Assembly: GCA_963796275.1 (NCBI GenBank)
Contig: CAWCKY010000006.1
Span: 640,001-704,000, forward strand
Source of the DNA: an uncultured Acidobacteriota bacterium
GTDB taxonomy: Bacteria > Acidobacteriota > Blastocatellia > RBC074
DNA length: 64,000 bases
Direction of reading: 5' to 3'
The position numbers and the translations under genes are program-made. Under the pieces are notes generated by a model. It was not told the origin of the DNA and did not search any database. It was given only the letters and a program-made list of their open reading frames with translations. This document shows positions 23,038-32,855 of the stretch, in pieces. The first letter of the stretch is position 1, and every line of letters starts with the position of its first letter.

Positions 23038-24093
23038 ATGATCAAAACACTTGAATGGACTGAAGATGGCGTGATGATGATCGATCAGCGGCTACTGCCG
23101 TCTGAGGAAGTTTATCCGGTCTTTCACACGTACGAAGAGGTCGCAGGCGCGATAAAGGAGATGGTGATCCGCGGGGCGCCGGCGATCGGCGTAGCGGCGG
23201 CGATGGGGATAGCGTTGGGGGCGCGCGATACGCAAACCCAAAAACTGGATGAATTCGATCTGGCATTCGATCGGATATGTGAAGTTATGCGGGCGACGCG
23301 ACCGACCGCGGTCAACCTCTTCTGGGCGATTGAACGGATGCGCGATCTCTATGCCGTTCTCAAGCGGGAAAACAGATCGCTCGCCGAGATCCGCGAGCAA
23401 TTGATTGACGAGGCGAAGCGGATGCACGAGGAGGATGTAGAGGCCAACCGGTCGATGGGCCGATTCGGCGCAGCGTTGATTCCGGATGGGGCAACCGTGC
23501 TCACGCATTGCAACGCGGGGGCGCTCGCAACTGCGGGCTACGGCACGGCGCTGGGCGTCATCCGAGCGGCAGCGGAGGCCGGCAAGAAGGTAGCGGTCTA
23601 CGCCGACGAAACCCGACCATTCCTTCAAGGAGCGCGACTGACCGCCTGGGAGTTACACAAGGAGAATATCCCGGTGACACTGATCACCGACAATATGGCG
23701 GGGCATTTTATGAAGAGCGGCCGGATCGATTGCGTCATCGTCGGCGCCGACCGGATAGCGGCCAATGGCGATACGGCGAACAAGATCGGGACATACTCCG
23801 TCGCAGTCCTCGCCAAAGAGAACGATCTGCCTTTTTACGTAGCCGCGCCCATCTCGACGCTTGATTTGAGCCTGGAGTCGGGCGAGCAGATTCCGATCGA
23901 GGAACGCGATGTGCGGGAGGTAACGCACATCAAGGGCGCGCGACTGGCGCCGCAGGGGATACAGATCGCCAATCCGGCGTTCGATGTGACGCCGCATCGT
24001 TATATCGCGGCGATCGTCACTGAACTGGGGGTCGCTCGTCCTCCATTTCAGGAAAGCCTGAGAAATATTACAAATTTGAAACGTGCGATTTGA
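23038..24093 (+). CDS. mtnA: S-methyl-5-thioribose-1-phosphate isomerase
   Basis: [43 protein letters not shown] and NKIGTY. Confidence 0.95.
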   Translation: MIKTLEWTEDGVMMIDQRLLPSEEVYPVFHTYEEVAGAIKEMVIRGAPAIGVAAAMGIALGARDTQTQKLDEFDLAFDRICEVMRATRPTAVNLFWAIERMRDLYAVLKRENRSLAEIREQLIDEAKRMHEEDVEANRSMGRFGAALIPDGATVLTHCNAGALATAGYGTALGVIRAAAEAGKKVAVYADETRPFLQGARLTAWELHKENIPVTLITDNMAGHFMKSGRIDCVIVGADRIAANGDTANKIGTYSVAVLAKENDLPFYVAAPISTLDLSLESGEQIPIEERDVREVTHIKGARLAPQGIQIANPAFDVTPHRYIAAIVTELGVARPPFQESLRNITNLKRAI

Positions 24094-24115
24094 GTTTTGA
24101 GGTTGTTGAATAGCT

Positions 24116-24958
24116 ATGTTGACAAGTCAGTCTAACGCGCGTGTCGGCGTTTACGTTGATGTTGCAAACATCAATCGAAATGGTGGCTATGGGATGGGGT
24201 ATGAGGTGCTTCGTGAATTTGCCTGCCGCGACAAAGGCGAGGCTCTGAGACTGAACGCCTATGTCAGTTATGATGCAGAGAAGGCCCGCCGCGAGGCCTA
24301 TTACAACCAACGAACGAACAGTTTCTACTCAGTCCTTCGCGATTTCGGCTATAAAGTAATTCAAAAAGAGGTCAAATGGTTTACCGACGAAGACGGGAAC
24401 CGTGTGGCCAAGGCCAACGCCGATCTCGACCTCGCCGTCGATGCTCTGCTGCAATCGGAAAATCTGGATCGCGTTCTGTTGGTCACGGGTGACGGGGATT
24501 TCGTCCAGGTCGTCCGCGCCTTGCAGAACAGAGGCTGCCGGGTGGAGGTCGTCGCATTCAGAAATGTGTCATGGGATCTGCGGCGTGAAGCCGACATGTT
24601 TATGTCGGGTTATCTGATCCCGAACCTGCTGCCGGTTGAGGAGAAGGCCGGTGAAGAGAACATCTGGGGTGAAGTCGAGCATCGCGTGCGCGGCATTTGT
24701 TATTATCACAAGAACGATTTCGGTTTCATGCGTTTCCTCAAGCGCATTGATCAGAATTTATGGATGACGGATGCGAAACATCCCGAGTCGCCTTATGGGA
24801 CAGCTTGGTTCCACGATTCCAGCCTCCCCAACGGTTTGGGAAGTACGATCGCGACGGACCTGCCAAGCCGCAAGTACATCTTCGAGTTCAAGCTGATGAG
24901 AGCTGAACACGAAAGAGGATTGAGAGCGGTCGATATTCAATTGTTGGTCGAGATGTAA
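24116..24958 (+). CDS. NYN/LabA-DUF88 (PIN-like) domain protein with C-terminal cold-shock/OB-like domain
   Basis: VYVDVANI, KANADLDLAVDA, LVTGDGDF..VVRALQNRGCRVEV; C-terminal RGIC..FGFMRF..AWFHDS..FEF..RAVDI. Confidence 0.85.
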   Translation: MLTSQSNARVGVYVDVANINRNGGYGMGYEVLREFACRDKGEALRLNAYVSYDAEKARREAYYNQRTNSFYSVLRDFGYKVIQKEVKWFTDEDGNRVAKANADLDLAVDALLQSENLDRVLLVTGDGDFVQVVRALQNRGCRVEVVAFRNVSWDLRREADMFMSGYLIPNLLPVEEKAGEENIWGEVEHRVRGICYYHKNDFGFMRFLKRIDQNLWMTDAKHPESPYGTAWFHDSSLPNGLGSTIATDLPSRKYIFEFKLMRAEHERGLRAVDIQLLVEM

Positions 24959-24968
24959 GCGCGATTTC

Positions 24969-24997
24969 TTGACATCGATCACCCGAGCACCTACCAT
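24969..24997 (+). promoter_or_regulatory. sigma70-type promoter for asd
   Basis: TTGACA (24969-24974), 17-bp spacer, TACCAT (24992-24997), upstream of the asd ATG. Confidence 0.65.
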
Positions 24998-25054
24998 TCG
25001 CTTTTCGTCAAAAATCACGAGCAACAACATAAATGGGCTGAGGTTGAGCGCGTA

Positions 25055-26113
25055 ATGAAAAAGCAAGCGAAAAGACGTGTCGGCATTCTCGGCGCAACCG
25101 GAACGGTTGGTCAGAGGTTGATTCATATGATGCGCAATCACCCGTATTTCGAGGTGACTGCGCTCGCAGCTTCGGATCGTTCGGAAGGCAAGCGATTCAG
25201 TGAGATATGCAATTGGAAACTCCCTTTCGAGATGCCCGATGAAGTCAAGGGGATCAAGGTTTACGGATGCAAACCTCCGCTCGACTGCGACCTGGTGTTC
25301 GCCAGCCTGCCATCAGATATCGCGCTCGAGGCCGAAGCAGCGTTCGCCGCGGCCGGCGTTCCCGTGATCAGCAATTCCTCGGCGTTCAGGATGGCGGACG
25401 ATGTGCCGCTCATCGTACCGGAGATAAATCCCGATCATCTCGACATGATTCACCAGCAGAAGAAAAATCGCGGCTACACCGGTGGTTTCATGATCACCAA
25501 TCCCAACTGCACTACGATTGGCCTGGTGATGGCGCTCGCCCCTCTGCACAGGCGATTCGGACTGGAAGCCGTAATGATGACTTCGATGCAGGCGATCTCG
25601 GGCGCTGGTTACCCGGGAGTAGCATCGATGGATATTATTGACAATGTCATGCCATTCATCGGCGGCGAGGAAGAGAAGGTCGAGGTGGAGCCTCAGAAGA
25701 TTCTGGGTAAATTCAGCGGGATGAAGTTCGAGGCAGCGTCGTTTCAGGTGAGCGCGCAGTGCAACCGCGTTCCGGTGCAGGACGGGCATCTCGAATCTGT
25801 CCGCGTGAAGCTGGGCAGCCAGGCGTCCCTTGAAGAGGTCGCCGATGCGCTGTCATCCTTCAGCGGGCTGCCGCAAGAGCTAGGATTGCCTACCGCACCC
25901 GCGCGTCCGGTGATAGTCCGCGCGGAAAAGGATCGCCCACAACCACGACTTGATCGCGATGCCGAAAATGGCATGGCCACCGTCGTCGGCCGGATCATGA
26001 AGGACACCATCTTCGATTTCAAATTCACACTCATCAGCCACAACACGATTCGTGGCGCGGCCGGCGCGGCGCTACTCAACGCTGAGTTGCTGGTGGCAAA
26101 AGAGCTTATCTAA
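25055..26113 (+). CDS. asd: Aspartate-semialdehyde dehydrogenase (archaeal/eukaryote-like type)
   Basis: GILGATGTVGQR, DVPLIVPEINPDHL, NPNCTT, QAISGAGYPG, CNRVPVQDGH and HNTIRGAAG. Confidence 0.96.
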   Translation: MKKQAKRRVGILGATGTVGQRLIHMMRNHPYFEVTALAASDRSEGKRFSEICNWKLPFEMPDEVKGIKVYGCKPPLDCDLVFASLPSDIALEAEAAFAAAGVPVISNSSAFRMADDVPLIVPEINPDHLDMIHQQKKNRGYTGGFMITNPNCTTIGLVMALAPLHRRFGLEAVMMTSMQAISGAGYPGVASMDIIDNVMPFIGGEEEKVEVEPQKILGKFSGMKFEAASFQVSAQCNRVPVQDGHLESVRVKLGSQASLEEVADALSSFSGLPQELGLPTAPARPVIVRAEKDRPQPRLDRDAENGMATVVGRIMKDTIFDFKFTLISHNTIRGAAGAALLNAELLVAKELI

Positions 26114-26209
26114 TTGATAATGGATAATTGATAATTCGTATAGATTGCTGTCACAGCATATACGAATTGCCCATTATCAATTATCAATTGTCAATTATCC
26201 ATTATCAAT
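26111..26209. repeat. Inverted heptamer arrays (TAATTGA)n...(TCAATTA)n filling the asd-lysC spacer
   Basis: TAATTGATAATGGATAATTGATAATTCGTATA ... TATACGAATTGCCCATTATCAATTATCAATTGTCAATTATCCATTATCAAT. Confidence 0.85.
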
Positions 26210-27620
26210 GTTGATCGTAATGAAATTCGGCGGCACTTCGGTAGGGGGTGTCGAGCGCATTGCGCAGGCCGCGGATCTGGCTGTCACCAACGCAAAGCAG
26301 GGGCATCGAGTGGTCGTCGTCACGTCGGCCATGAGCGGAGTGACTAACCAATTGATCTCGGCCGCCCAATCGGCCGCGCGGGGGAACTGGCAGCCGGTTG
26401 TGCGCGACAACTTTTTCGAGCGCCACAAGGCCGTCGCCGATCAACTTATGAAGGGCGATCATGCTCGCCGGAAGGCGGTACTGGATGTAGTTTCCAGCGG
26501 CCTCGATCAGTTTGAAAAATTATGCTTCGGACTCTCGATGGTTCACGAGCTGACTCCCCGCCTGCTCGATGTGATCTCAGGAACCGGCGAGCGCTTGTGT
26601 GCGCCGCTGCTGGCGGGAGCGATATCCCGGCTCGGAGTCGAATCTGAAGCAATCGAAGCGACGGAGCTCATCGTCACCAACGATCAGTTCGGCTCGGCCG
26701 AGCCGGTGATGGACAAAACGCGCGCGAAGAGCCGGGCGCGGTTGACCGAAATGATCGAACGCGGCGTAATTCCGGTAGTGACCGGATTCATCGGGGCCAC
26801 GGAAGACGGCGTGCTGACGACTCTCGGGCGCGGAGGATCGGATTATTCGGCTTCGATCATCGGCGCGGCGCTCGATGCCGATGAAATCTGGATCTGGACC
26901 GACGTGGATGGAGTGATGACGGCAAATCCTTCCGAGGTCCCCGAAGCGCGCACGATGCGCGAGATTTCCTATAGCGAAGCGTCGGAGCTCGCCTATTACG
27001 GTGCCAAGGTTCTGCATCACAAAACGATCCTCCCCGCCTATAAACAGAGCATACCCCTTCGCATTCTCAACAGCTTCAACCCGGAAGACCACGGCACCCG
27101 CGTCAGCGTGAAGGGGCGTCCGTCGTCGCGCGGTGTAAAGGCCGTGACATCAATCCGAAATGTCAGTTTGGTGACCATCAGCGGGAAGGGGATGCAGGGC
27201 ATTCCCGGTATCGCTGCGAAGGCTTTTGCCGCCGTCGCCGCCGAACGCGCGAATATTTTGATGATCTCTCAGGCTTCGTCCGAGAACAACCTCTGCTTCG
27301 TCGTGAATTCGTCGGAAGCGCGCCGGGTAGTTAAGGCGTTAAGATTTTCGTTAGAATTGGATATGCTGCAGGGGCATATAGAGGACATTTCATCCGACGA
27401 TTCGATATCGGTGGTCGCAGCAGTCGGTGACAGGATGCAGGGGACGCCGGGGATCGCAGGAAAAGTCTTCGGCGCGCTGGGCGCGGCGGGCGTCAACGTC
27501 ATTGCGATTTCGCAGGGGTCATCGGAACGGAATATTTCGCTGATCGTGGCGGCTGATGATGCCGCCGAGGCTGTGAGAGCGATACACCGCGCGTTTGAGC
27601 TGGATAAGCCGGCTCAGTGA
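26208..27620 (+). CDS. lysC: Aspartate kinase with two ACT domains
   Basis: MKFGGTSV, SAMSGVT, TLGRGGSDYSA, WTDVDG; ACT repeats GMQGIPGIAA and SQGSSE. Start moved to ATG 26208. Confidence 0.94.
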   Translation: MLIVMKFGGTSVGGVERIAQAADLAVTNAKQGHRVVVVTSAMSGVTNQLISAAQSAARGNWQPVVRDNFFERHKAVADQLMKGDHARRKAVLDVVSSGLDQFEKLCFGLSMVHELTPRLLDVISGTGERLCAPLLAGAISRLGVESEAIEATELIVTNDQFGSAEPVMDKTRAKSRARLTEMIERGVIPVVTGFIGATEDGVLTTLGRGGSDYSASIIGAALDADEIWIWTDVDGVMTANPSEVPEARTMREISYSEASELAYYGAKVLHHKTILPAYKQSIPLRILNSFNPEDHGTRVSVKGRPSSRGVKAVTSIRNVSLVTISGKGMQGIPGIAAKAFAAVAAERANILMISQASSENNLCFVVNSSEARRVVKALRFSLELDMLQGHIEDISSDDSISVVAAVGDRMQGTPGIAGKVFGALGAAGVNVIAISQGSSERNISLIVAADDAAEAVRAIHRAFELDKPAQ

Positions 27621-27706
27621 AAATACCGCACTCCAAAGGCCCCGCCGATGAATCGAGCATGGGAATTACCTGTACTTATTGATTTTGCATTTTGCTTGCT
27701 TATTTT

Positions 27707-29032
27707 ATGCAGTCTCTTCGCTGTATCAATTGCCACAACGAATTCCCGACCTCCTCACGCATCTACACCTGCACCCAATGCGGGGGACTGCTCGATATCG
27801 TTTACGATGTGAGCCAGTTTCGTGGTGGGAAGTTAACCGGCCGCTGGGATAAACGCCGCGCATCGTCAAAGCAGATCGATCAGAGCGGCGTCTGGCGCTT
27901 CCGCGAATTGCTCCCCGAAGCTGATGAGTCGCAAATCGTCACGATGATCGAAGGGAACACCCAGCTATTTGCCGCGCCTCGTTCAGCCGCTTACGCGGGA
28001 ATCGATCGTCTGACATTCAAACATCTGGGAATGAATCCGACCGGATCATTCAAAGATCTGGGAATGACGACGGGAATTACACAGGCAGGACGAATGGGCG
28101 CGAGATCTGTTGCATGTGCGAGCACCGGGAATACTTCGGCCTCGATGGCGGCATACGCCGCGCGCGCCGGGATGAAAGCGTTTGTCTTCATCCCCTCCGG
28201 GCAGATATCCCTGGGAAAACTGTCGCAGGCGCTCGATTATGGTGCGGTGCTACTGCAGCTCGACGGCGATTTCGACGATGCCATGCGGCTGGTGCGCGAA
28301 GTGGCGAGCGACTCGTCCCTCTATCTGCTCAATTCGGTCAACCCATTCCGGCTGGAAGGACAGAAGACGATAGCGTTTGAGATGTTGCAACAACGAGGCT
28401 GGCAGGCGCCCGATCGCATAGTCGTGCCCGGCGGTAACCTGGGCAACTCCTCAGCGATCGCGAAAGGTCTTCGTGAGCTACTCGAGTGCGGTGTAATTGA
28501 AAAGATGCCGAAGATTACGATCGTTCAGGCCGAGGGCGCAAATCCTCTCTATCGATTGTGGTTGAAATATAGAGACGGTAACCCGGATTCTGAGTTGAAA
28601 ATGGAACCGGTCGCAGGAGCATTCACGCTGGCGACGGCAATCAAGATCGGCTCGCCCATCTCCTGGCCGAAAGCGATCCGCGCCCTGCGGTGGAGCGGTG
28701 GAGAGGTCGAACAGGTGAGCGAGGGAGAGATCGCTGATGCAAAAGCTGTGATCGGTCGCGAAGGCATTGGATGTGAGCCCGCTTCAGCGGTCACGCTGGC
28801 GGGAATCAGAAAGATGGTCCTTGCGGGCGATATCAAACAGGATGAAGATATCGTCGCCATACTCACGGGCCACGTGCTGAAAGACCCGGATTATACGGTG
28901 AGTTATCATAGCGGGAATCTGAGTTTTGTTGATGAGAGCGGAAGGAAAGTCGCAATTGAGGCTAATTATGCGAATGCTCTCGTGCGCTTGCCCCCCGACC
29001 GCGACGCGATCAATGAGGCGTTGAAGATCTAA
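27707..29032 (+). CDS. thrC: Threonine synthase
   Basis: N-terminal CxxC..CxxCG, NPTGSFKD, CASTGNTSAS, NSVNPFRLEGQKT, PGGNLGN and CEPASA. Confidence 0.94.
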   Translation: MQSLRCINCHNEFPTSSRIYTCTQCGGLLDIVYDVSQFRGGKLTGRWDKRRASSKQIDQSGVWRFRELLPEADESQIVTMIEGNTQLFAAPRSAAYAGIDRLTFKHLGMNPTGSFKDLGMTTGITQAGRMGARSVACASTGNTSASMAAYAARAGMKAFVFIPSGQISLGKLSQALDYGAVLLQLDGDFDDAMRLVREVASDSSLYLLNSVNPFRLEGQKTIAFEMLQQRGWQAPDRIVVPGGNLGNSSAIAKGLRELLECGVIEKMPKITIVQAEGANPLYRLWLKYRDGNPDSELKMEPVAGAFTLATAIKIGSPISWPKAIRALRWSGGEVEQVSEGEIADAKAVIGREGIGCEPASAVTLAGIRKMVLAGDIKQDEDIVAILTGHVLKDPDYTVSYHSGNLSFVDESGRKVAIEANYANALVRLPPDRDAINEALKI

Positions 29033-29050
29033 AATAGCAGAGGTTTTTTA

Positions 29051-30658
29051 ATGACGAACAATCACTGCGACGTGCTGATCATCGGCGGAGGACACAATGG
29101 TCTCGTCACTGCCGCTTACCTGGCGCGGGCCGGCCTGAAGGTCACCGTCCTCGAGCGCCGCCATCTACTCGGAGGCGCCTGCGTTACCGAAGAGGTCTGG
29201 CCCGGGTTTAAAGTCTCTACTCTCTCGTATCTTTGCTCGCTCTTGCAGCCCCGTATCATAGAAGACCTGGAACTCGCGCGTTTCGGGTATCACATCCTGC
29301 CCAAAGACCCGTCGTTCTTTACGGCCTTTCCCGACGGCCGCCACATATTCTTCTGGCAGGATATGAAGAAGACCGTGGCCGAGATCGGCAAGTTTTCCAG
29401 GCGAGACGCCGAACTATATCCGCGTTATGAAGAAGATCTCGCGCATCTGGCCGAATGGGTCGAATCGCTGCTTCTCGAAACTCCGCCCAACATAATAAAG
29501 CGAAGTCTTGGCGATCTGTTGTCTCTGGGGAAGCTCGGGATCAGAACTTTCAAGCTCGGCGATGAGGGGATCACCCGCCTGCTTAAGATTATGACGCAGA
29601 GCGCGCGTGAATTCCTCAACGAACGGTTTGAATCGGAGGAGATCAAGACGACGTTGGCCACCGATGGCGTGATCGGCGCAAATGGCGGGCCAGCGACGCC
29701 CGGTACGGCTTATATACTGTTACATCACGTTATGGGTGGAGCGGCGGGCCAACGCGGCCTCTGGGGATTCATCCGCGGCGGGATGGGTGCAATCAGCCAG
29801 GCGCTCGCGCTTTCGGCCGAATCGAGAGGCGCGACTATACGGGCGGATTCGGATGTCGCGCAGATACTGATTAAAGACGGAAAGGCGTATGGCGCAGTTC
29901 TCACCAGCGGCGAAGAATTTCGCGCGAAAGTCGTGGTCTCGAGCGCCGATCCCAAGCGGACCTATTTGAAAATGGTTGCGCGCGAGCATCTCGACCAAGA
30001 TTTCCGGCGGTCAATAGAAAACCTCCGCATCGAAGGTTGTTCATTCAAAATTAACCTCGCGCTCGATGCGCTGCCGGACTTCAAAGCCTATCCCAACAGA
30101 AGCGCGAATGAGGTCAACCTGCCTCACAAAACGACGATGCACGTCTGTCCGACGATGGATTATATCGACCGCGCCTGGGAGGATGCGAAACAGGGGCGAC
30201 CATCGGAACATCCTATGCTCGAATGTACCATACCGACCGCTTATGACAGCACGATAGCGCCTCCGGGGAAGCACATAATGTGTATCTTCGCGCAATATGC
30301 TCCATATACGCTTAAAGATGCTATCTGGGATGGGTCGTTGAAAGATCGATTCGCCGATCGCTGCATCGATGCGCTGGCAGAATATGCTCCGAACATGAAG
30401 GATATCATTCTGCATCGGCAGGTGATCTCACCGCTGGATCTGGAAGAGGAATACGGATTGACGGGCGGCAACATTTTTCACGGCGAGATGGACCCCGATC
30501 AATTGTTCTTCATGCGTCCGGTTGCCGGCTGGGCCCGATATCGCACTCCGGTTCGAAATCTATATCTTTGCGGCTCCGGGACGCATCCCGGTGGTGGTGT
30601 GATGGGCGCGCCGGGTTACAATGCGGCGCGCGAGATTTTGCGTGATCTGGGGAGATAA
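29051..30658 (+). CDS. FAD-dependent oxidoreductase, phytoene dehydrogenase-like
   Basis: IIGGGHNGLVTAAYLA, GGMGAIS, GGNIFHG, YLCGSGTHPGGGV. Confidence 0.9.
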   Translation: MTNNHCDVLIIGGGHNGLVTAAYLARAGLKVTVLERRHLLGGACVTEEVWPGFKVSTLSYLCSLLQPRIIEDLELARFGYHILPKDPSFFTAFPDGRHIFFWQDMKKTVAEIGKFSRRDAELYPRYEEDLAHLAEWVESLLLETPPNIIKRSLGDLLSLGKLGIRTFKLGDEGITRLLKIMTQSAREFLNERFESEEIKTTLATDGVIGANGGPATPGTAYILLHHVMGGAAGQRGLWGFIRGGMGAISQALALSAESRGATIRADSDVAQILIKDGKAYGAVLTSGEEFRAKVVVSSADPKRTYLKMVAREHLDQDFRRSIENLRIEGCSFKINLALDALPDFKAYPNRSANEVNLPHKTTMHVCPTMDYIDRAWEDAKQGRPSEHPMLECTIPTAYDSTIAPPGKHIMCIFAQYAPYTLKDAIWDGSLKDRFADRCIDALAEYAPNMKDIILHRQVISPLDLEEEYGLTGGNIFHGEMDPDQLFFMRPVAGWARYRTPVRNLYLCGSGTHPGGGVMGAPGYNAAREILRDLGR

Positions 30659-30792
30659 TGTTTCTGGACAGCCCGATTCATCCGTCTTCACGGATGTCAA
30701 AATAGCTATGCAGAATAAGGACCATTACCTGGCTTGAACTTGGCTGAACTATCAAAATTTCACGAAGGAAGTGTAGGTAAACGAAAACATAG

Positions 30793-31119
30793 ATGAGAAC
30801 CGTTTTTCTTCTCACCTTATCCAATATTTTTATGACGATCGCCTGGTATGGGCACCTGAAGTACAAGGATGTAACCTTGTGGAAGGTAATTCTGATCAGC
30901 TGGCTGATTGCGCTGCCGGAATATTGCTTTCAGGTCCCGGCAAATCGTTCGGGTTCCTATCAATTTTCGGCGCCACAATTGAAAGTCATTCAGGAAGTAA
31001 TCACGCTGGTGGTCTTCTGTTTCTTTTCTGCGCTTTATTTGAAAGAAGGGTTGAAGTGGAATTATCTCGTCGGATTTGCACTGATACTCGGCGCAGTCTA
31101 CTTCGTATTTAAAGAGTGA
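30793..31119 (+). CDS. Small DMT-superfamily membrane protein (DUF486 type)
   Basis: SNIFMTIAWYGHLK, EYCFQVPANR and QLKVIQEVITL. Confidence 0.88.
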   Translation: MRTVFLLTLSNIFMTIAWYGHLKYKDVTLWKVILISWLIALPEYCFQVPANRSGSYQFSAPQLKVIQEVITLVVFCFFSALYLKEGLKWNYLVGFALILGAVYFVFKE

Positions 31120-31128
31120 GAAATCCTT

Positions 31129-31974
31129 ATGGACGCTACAACAATAGGTTTTGTTATTCTGGCGGTCATTATACTTTTAATCATCGCCCGCGGGGTTTAC
31201 CGATTGGTCCTCGGTCAGGCTATGACCGAGACGTTGATCGACCGCGATAATAAGGCCGCCGCAGTCGCGCTCAGCGGATTTTTGCTCGGCGTGATTCAGG
31301 TGATCATTCCAATTTTGAGCGCGCCGAGCCATACATTCTGGAGCGATGTCATAGGAGTTGCCGTATATGGCATCGGCGGGATCATTGCGATGACCATCGC
31401 CGGACTCGTCTTCGAGCAATACAGCCGCTTGACCGGGGCGCCTCTGCGAGATCAGATCGCGAAAGACAATCTGGCAGCCGGGATCATCGATGCGGCGATT
31501 CATTTCTCATCGGGGCTGATCGTCGCCGGCGCGCTGACCGGAGACAGCGGTACGTTAATGCCTACCATCGTTTTCTGGGCAGCAGGAGTTGCGGCGCTCA
31601 TCGTATTTACCCACATCTTTCGCCAGGTTACGGCTTACCACGATGCCGAACTTATTAAACAGGGCAATGTGGCGGCGGCCCTCGGATGCGCCGGATTGAT
31701 CGTGGCCATCGGGATGATGGTCGGTTATGCCGTCTCGGGAAATTTCACCGGCTATGGCGACAGCTTCCGCAGTTTCGGTTTTATGCTGCTCGTCGTACTG
31801 GTCCTCTATCCCGTACGCCAGATCATCGTGCAGATGCTGTTGCTCGGCGGCGGATTCAGTTTCCGCAACGGGCGGCTCGACCGGGAAATAGCGAACGACC
31901 AGAATGTCGGGGCGGGTTTGCTTGAAGCTATCGGTTATCTCGCGACCGCGTTAGTTGTGACGCGAATCTTCTGA
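31129..31974 (+). CDS. DUF350-domain membrane protein (repeated domain)
   Basis: Repeated units DNKAAAVALSG, IAKDNLAAG, IKQGNVAAALG and IANDQNVGAG within a polytopic protein. Confidence 0.8.
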   Translation: MDATTIGFVILAVIILLIIARGVYRLVLGQAMTETLIDRDNKAAAVALSGFLLGVIQVIIPILSAPSHTFWSDVIGVAVYGIGGIIAMTIAGLVFEQYSRLTGAPLRDQIAKDNLAAGIIDAAIHFSSGLIVAGALTGDSGTLMPTIVFWAAGVAALIVFTHIFRQVTAYHDAELIKQGNVAAALGCAGLIVAIGMMVGYAVSGNFTGYGDSFRSFGFMLLVVLVLYPVRQIIVQMLLLGGGFSFRNGRLDREIANDQNVGAGLLEAIGYLATALVVTRIF

Positions 31975-31976
31975 GA

Positions 31977-32765
31977 ATGAGAAACACGCATATGAATAAG
32001 ATCTGGATCACGTTAATCGCCTCGGTATTGCTGATCATATCTTGCGCTACCACCCAGAGCCGGTTCGCCTCCGTCGCCAATGAGCCGGCCGCGCAGGCTC
32101 CCGCGGTGCCGGCTAAAAAGCCGATCTATGAATCGCGCGCCGAGCATGATCCCGATGGAATCGGAAAATTCTACCTCGGCCGCGAAATCTCACACGTCAT
32201 GGGCCACGCGGGGGCTGAATGGCTGGAACGCCCCGACCGCGAAGAGACCGAGCTCCCCAAAAAGGTTGTCGAAAATATGAACCTCCGCCCGACTGACGTC
32301 GTGGCTGACGTGGGAGCGGGCACCGGATATTTCACTTTCCGTATGAGTCCGTTTGTGACGCAAGGCAAAGTTTATGCAGTCGACATCCAATTGGAGATGC
32401 TGGCCCTAATCGAGGCGCGCAAGAAAAAGTTCAATGCCGAAAACGTCGTCACAATATTGGGTTCGGAGTCTGACTCGACGCTGCCGAAAGGTGCGATCGA
32501 TGTGGTACTGCTCGTCGATGCGTATCACGAGTTCTCTTATCCGCGTGAAATGATGGAGAGCATCGTCAATGGGCTCAAACCCGGAGGGCGCCTAATTCAG
32601 ATTGAATATCGAGGGGAGGATCCGACGGTGCCCATAAAAAAACTGCATAAGATGACGGTTGCTCAGGCGCGCAAAGAGATGGCCGAGGTCGGATTGGTCT
32701 GGAAAGAGACCAAGAATTTCCTCCCGCAGCAACATTTCATCGTTTACGAGAAACCGGCAAAATAA
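31977..32765 (+). CDS. Class I SAM-dependent methyltransferase with lipoprotein signal
   Basis: LLIISC lipobox; VADVGAGTGYF, AVDIQ, DAYHE and LKPGG. Confidence 0.88.
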   Translation: MRNTHMNKIWITLIASVLLIISCATTQSRFASVANEPAAQAPAVPAKKPIYESRAEHDPDGIGKFYLGREISHVMGHAGAEWLERPDREETELPKKVVENMNLRPTDVVADVGAGTGYFTFRMSPFVTQGKVYAVDIQLEMLALIEARKKKFNAENVVTILGSESDSTLPKGAIDVVLLVDAYHEFSYPREMMESIVNGLKPGGRLIQIEYRGEDPTVPIKKLHKMTVAQARKEMAEVGLVWKETKNFLPQQHFIVYEKPAK

Positions 32766-32855
32766 TTGGGGAACCGCGAACGGCAGTGGGCGAGGCTCCA
32801 CAATAGCCGATTGATAAAGAACTCGCCCGCCCTTTTGCCTGCGTAACATCTTACG

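Noticed and set aside
26145-26207. N-terminal extensions of lysC, the kinase (14276), tesA (40343) and the 16866 ORF
   Set aside because: They translate intergenic repeat or spacer DNA; downstream ATGs match family starts or SD sites.
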